Shown here in pieces: positions 62,195-64,000 of a DNA stretch of 64,000 bases (position 1 is its first letter; every line of letters begins with the position of its first letter). The position numbers were made by a program, and so were the translations under genes. The notes beneath the pieces were generated by a model. The model searched no databases and had not been told where the DNA came from. It saw only the letters and a program-made list of their open reading frames with translations. Source of the DNA: Methanomassiliicoccales archaeon (GTDB lineage: Archaea; Thermoplasmatota; Thermoplasmata; Methanomassiliicoccales; UBA472); contig JAXGRO010000001.1 in NCBI GenBank assembly GCA_040765825.1, positions 46,483 to 110,482 of the forward strand, written 5' to 3'.

Positions 62195-62446
62195 GCAATC
62201 ATTTTAAATGGCCACCATCATCTGCTTCCACATGCTGGAGGTCCGACAATGCCGCGAACGCGGGACCTCGGCCGTGAACGCAGGCCGGAGGAACCGCATC
62301 CTGAACAGACGCCCGACCGATGTTGAACGCCTGAACGGATCCGGTTTGCGTTCGCCCCCTGAGACCTGGAAAGGAACATCGGACCTGGGGGTAATACCCT
62401 GAACCACCGGATACTTCTGCCCACCAACGGGTCGCTCCCGGCCCTG
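62195..62446 (+). other. Candidate promoter plus structured GC-rich leader or small RNA
   Basis: TTTTAAAT (62202-62209) is preceded by a BRE-like gcgcaatc. The downstream ~200 nt are GC-rich and non-coding in all frames. A 14-bp helix pairs GAACGCAGGCCGGA (62276-62289) with TCCGGTTTGCGTTC (62340-62353). A 7-bp helix pairs GAGGTCC (62238-62244) with GGACCTC (62263-62269). TGAAC occurs five times. No RNA family was recognised. Confidence 0.3.
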
Positions 62447-63118
62447 GTGGCCACCCGGGAGGCGGTGCGCATCGCCCGGGACAAGGGGGCCGCCCTGGTC
62501 ATCCTAAACGTGGTCGAGCAGGACGTGAACACCTATGTCGAGCAGATAAGCGAGGACCTCGGACGCCGGGGCAGCGAGATCGACGGGGTCGCCTTCGCGC
62601 AGCAGCTGGCCAAGGAGGCGGGGCTCAGGACCGAGGTCCTGGTCAGGGAGGGGGCGGTGACCGGGGAGATCCTGAGGGCCGCCGATGAGTCCGGCATAAG
62701 CATGATCGTGATGGGAAGCTCCAACCCGCGCGGGCTGGCCGGCCTGTACCTGGGGAACGTGGCGGAGGCGGTGACCAAGAAGGCCAAGGTCTCCGTGTAC
62801 ATAGTGAAGCCGACCGAGGAGGAGATCGAGGCCGTGCTGGCCATGGCCAAGCCCAGGCCGGTCACCGTGGAGGAGCAGGCCCTGTCGGCCATAATCCATT
62901 CCCGCAAGTTCAGGGTCGGGCTGGCCCTGTTCTCCGTGTACGGTGTGCTCTACGTGATATTCACCGCCCTGGGCACCTACGGCCGGGACATAATGGCCAC
63001 CCGCCTGGGAGGTATGAACCTGGGACTGGTCCTGGGCATGACCGTCATATTGCTGGCCATCATCATGGCCCTGTCCTTCAACATGTACGCGGTGCGCCTG
63101 GAGAGGGAGGGTGAGTAG
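62447..63118 (+). CDS. Universal stress protein domain fused to DUF485 (YjcH-like) two-TM domain
   Basis: The USP core is ALVILNVVE...MIVMGSSNPRGLAGLYLGNVAEAVTKKAKVSVYIVKP. The C-terminal FRVGLALFSVYGVLYVIF...LVLGMTVILLAIIMALSFNMY is DUF485-like. The coordinates use the first canonical start (GTG 62447). The USP-like reading (HRILLPTNGSLPAL) continues upstream to 62363 without any ATG/GTG/TTG. The gene ends in TAG. Confidence 0.75.
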   Translation: MATREAVRIARDKGAALVILNVVEQDVNTYVEQISEDLGRRGSEIDGVAFAQQLAKEAGLRTEVLVREGAVTGEILRAADESGISMIVMGSSNPRGLAGLYLGNVAEAVTKKAKVSVYIVKPTEEEIEAVLAMAKPRPVTVEEQALSAIIHSRKFRVGLALFSVYGVLYVIFTALGTYGRDIMATRLGGMNLGLVLGMTVILLAIIMALSFNMYAVRLEREGE

Positions 63119-64000
63119 ATGGCGGACGTGCTGGACAACAGCTTCAAGCCATTGGCCTTCGCGCTCTTCCTGCTCATCACCATCGCCACCCTGGCCATAT
63201 CCGTCTACTTCTCCAGGAGGGTGCGCACCGCCGGCCACTACTACGTGGCCGGGGGCGGGGTGAAGTGGTTCGTCAACGGCATCGCCTTCGCCGGCGACTA
63301 CCTGAGCGCGGCCTCCTTCCTGGGGGTGGCGGGCATGATAGCCTTCAGCGGGTACGACGGATTCATGTACGGCATCGGGTTCCTGGCGGGGTGGATCGTG
63401 GCCCTCTTCCTTATAGCCGAGCCGCTGAGGGTCATGGGCAAGTACACCTTCGCGGACGCCCTGGTGCACAAGTTCAAGAGCAAGCGGGTGCGGCTGGCCG
63501 CGGCCATATCCACATTGGTGGTCAGCGTCTTCTACCTCATCCCGCAGATGGTGGGGGCGGGGACCATCGTGCAGCCCCTGATAGGGCTGCCCTACGCCTG
63601 GGGGGTGGTGATCGTGGGCGGGGTGGTCATCCTGATCACCGCCACCGCCGGAATGGTCTCCACCACCTGGGTGCAGTTCATAAAGGGAATGCTGCTGCTG
63701 GTGGCCGCCCTGGGACTGACCATCGCCGTGCTCATGCTCTCGGGCTTCGGCCCGGTGGAGTTCATCACCCACTTCCTGGAGAACGGGGCCTCGGACCCGA
63801 CCACGGGAGCCTTCCCGGCTTACTCCGGGGACGCCTTCCTCTCCCCCGGGCTGAAGTTCACCAACCCCCTGGACTACGCCTCGCTGGCTTTGGCGCTCAT
63901 CCTGGGAACGGCGGCATTGCCGCACATCCTGATCAGGTATTACACCGTTCCCAAGCCCTCCGACGCGCGCAAGTCCACGGTGGTGGCCATCGTGGCCATC
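63119..64000 (+). CDS. actP: Cation/acetate symporter ActP (SSS family), 3' end beyond window
   Basis: ATG 63119 lies directly after the upstream TAG. The sequence is MADVLDNSFKPLAFALFLLITIATLAISVYFSRRVRTAGHYYVAGGGV...AALPHILIRYYTVP, typical of ActP. It is missing from the ORF track because it has no stop in the window. Confidence 0.9.
   Translation, partial: MADVLDNSFKPLAFALFLLITIATLAISVYFSRRVRTAGHYYVAGGGVKWFVNGIAFAGDYLSAASFLGVAGMIAFSGYDGFMYGIGFLAGWIVALFLIAEPLRVMGKYTFADALVHKFKSKRVRLAAAISTLVVSVFYLIPQMVGAGTIVQPLIGLPYAWGVVIVGGVVILITATAGMVSTTWVQFIKGMLLLVAALGLTIAVLMLSGFGPVEFITHFLENGASDPTTGAFPAYSGDAFLSPGLKFTNPLDYASLALALILGTAALPHILIRYYTVPKPSDARKSTVVAIVAI

Noticed and set aside
62270-62310. SRP (7S) RNA helix-8-like string GUGAACGCAGGCCGGAGGAACCGCA
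   Set aside because: It does not form the conserved GGAA/GNAR tetraloop with flanking GGCCC/GGGAGC pairing, and no Alu-domain or helix-6 features were found. RNase P CR-I (GGAAAGUCC) is also absent.
62355-62410. TPP (THI-box) riboswitch-like fragments: CUGAGA, ACCUG, GGGGUAAUACCC
   Set aside because: The partner elements needed for P2 and P4 (GGGGUGC upstream, ACCC after CUGAGA, GCGUAGGGA after P5) are absent. The downstream genes are not thiamine-related.
1-64000. Mobile elements, prophage, CRISPR-Cas, rRNA
   Set aside because: No transposase, integrase or Cas-like ORF, terminal inverted repeat pair, spacer-repeat array or rRNA-like sequence was recognised on either strand. The AT-rich islands are only 150-400 bp promoter spacers.

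Overview
GC-rich archaeal chromosomal segment. The archaeal call rests on TATA-type boxes about 23-45 nt upstream of starts, many leaderless or GGAGG-led genes, tight ATGA/TTGA gene overlaps, archaeal SepF, RtcB, and a tRNA-His with an encoded G-1. I read about 70 genes. Most other ORF-track entries are antisense or alternate-frame shadows typical of high GC. The track also writes GTG/TTG starts as M and takes the longest ORF, so many starts were trimmed. Two genes that run off the window edges are missing from the track: a membrane protein at 1..582 (-) and actP at 63119..64000 (+). The main feature is a back-to-back tetrapyrrole supercluster (42970..55245). sirC-hemA-hemB-hemL-hemC-cobA-hemD-hemD' lies on the minus strand and cfbA-cfbE-cfbD-cfbC-cfbB on the plus strand, covering every step from glutamyl-tRNA to coenzyme F430. 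This marks the host as a methanogen/ANME-type archaeon; the order cannot be determined from this window. Other content: a complete trpEGDCFBA operon, argF, rtcB, acs, actP, sufCB, and mrp/nifX-like genes. There is a methyltransferase-type corrinoid protein next to an AmmeMemoRadiSam-type radical SAM gene, and an isf-cobO pair. Envelope-glycan genes are scattered (epimerase, GT4, ugd, galU, flippase, wecB), along with an ABC-2 exporter and several wHTH regulators. Items worth a second look: apparent indels break hemA (three within about 110 nt, separating the catalytic TCNR motif from the gene body), a tandem-USP gene and an MFS gene. A two-gene operon encodes internally duplicated envelope proteins of unknown function. 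There is an ATP-cone/PD-(D/E)xK nuclease fusion and a CoA-transferase/GNAT fusion. A USP-DUF485 fusion has no canonical start and a TAG-ATG in-frame junction to actP. A 340-nt GC-rich non-coding region carries its own promoter and a 14-bp helix. Several well-signalled micro-ORFs are present. No CRISPR array, transposase, integrase or rRNA was seen.
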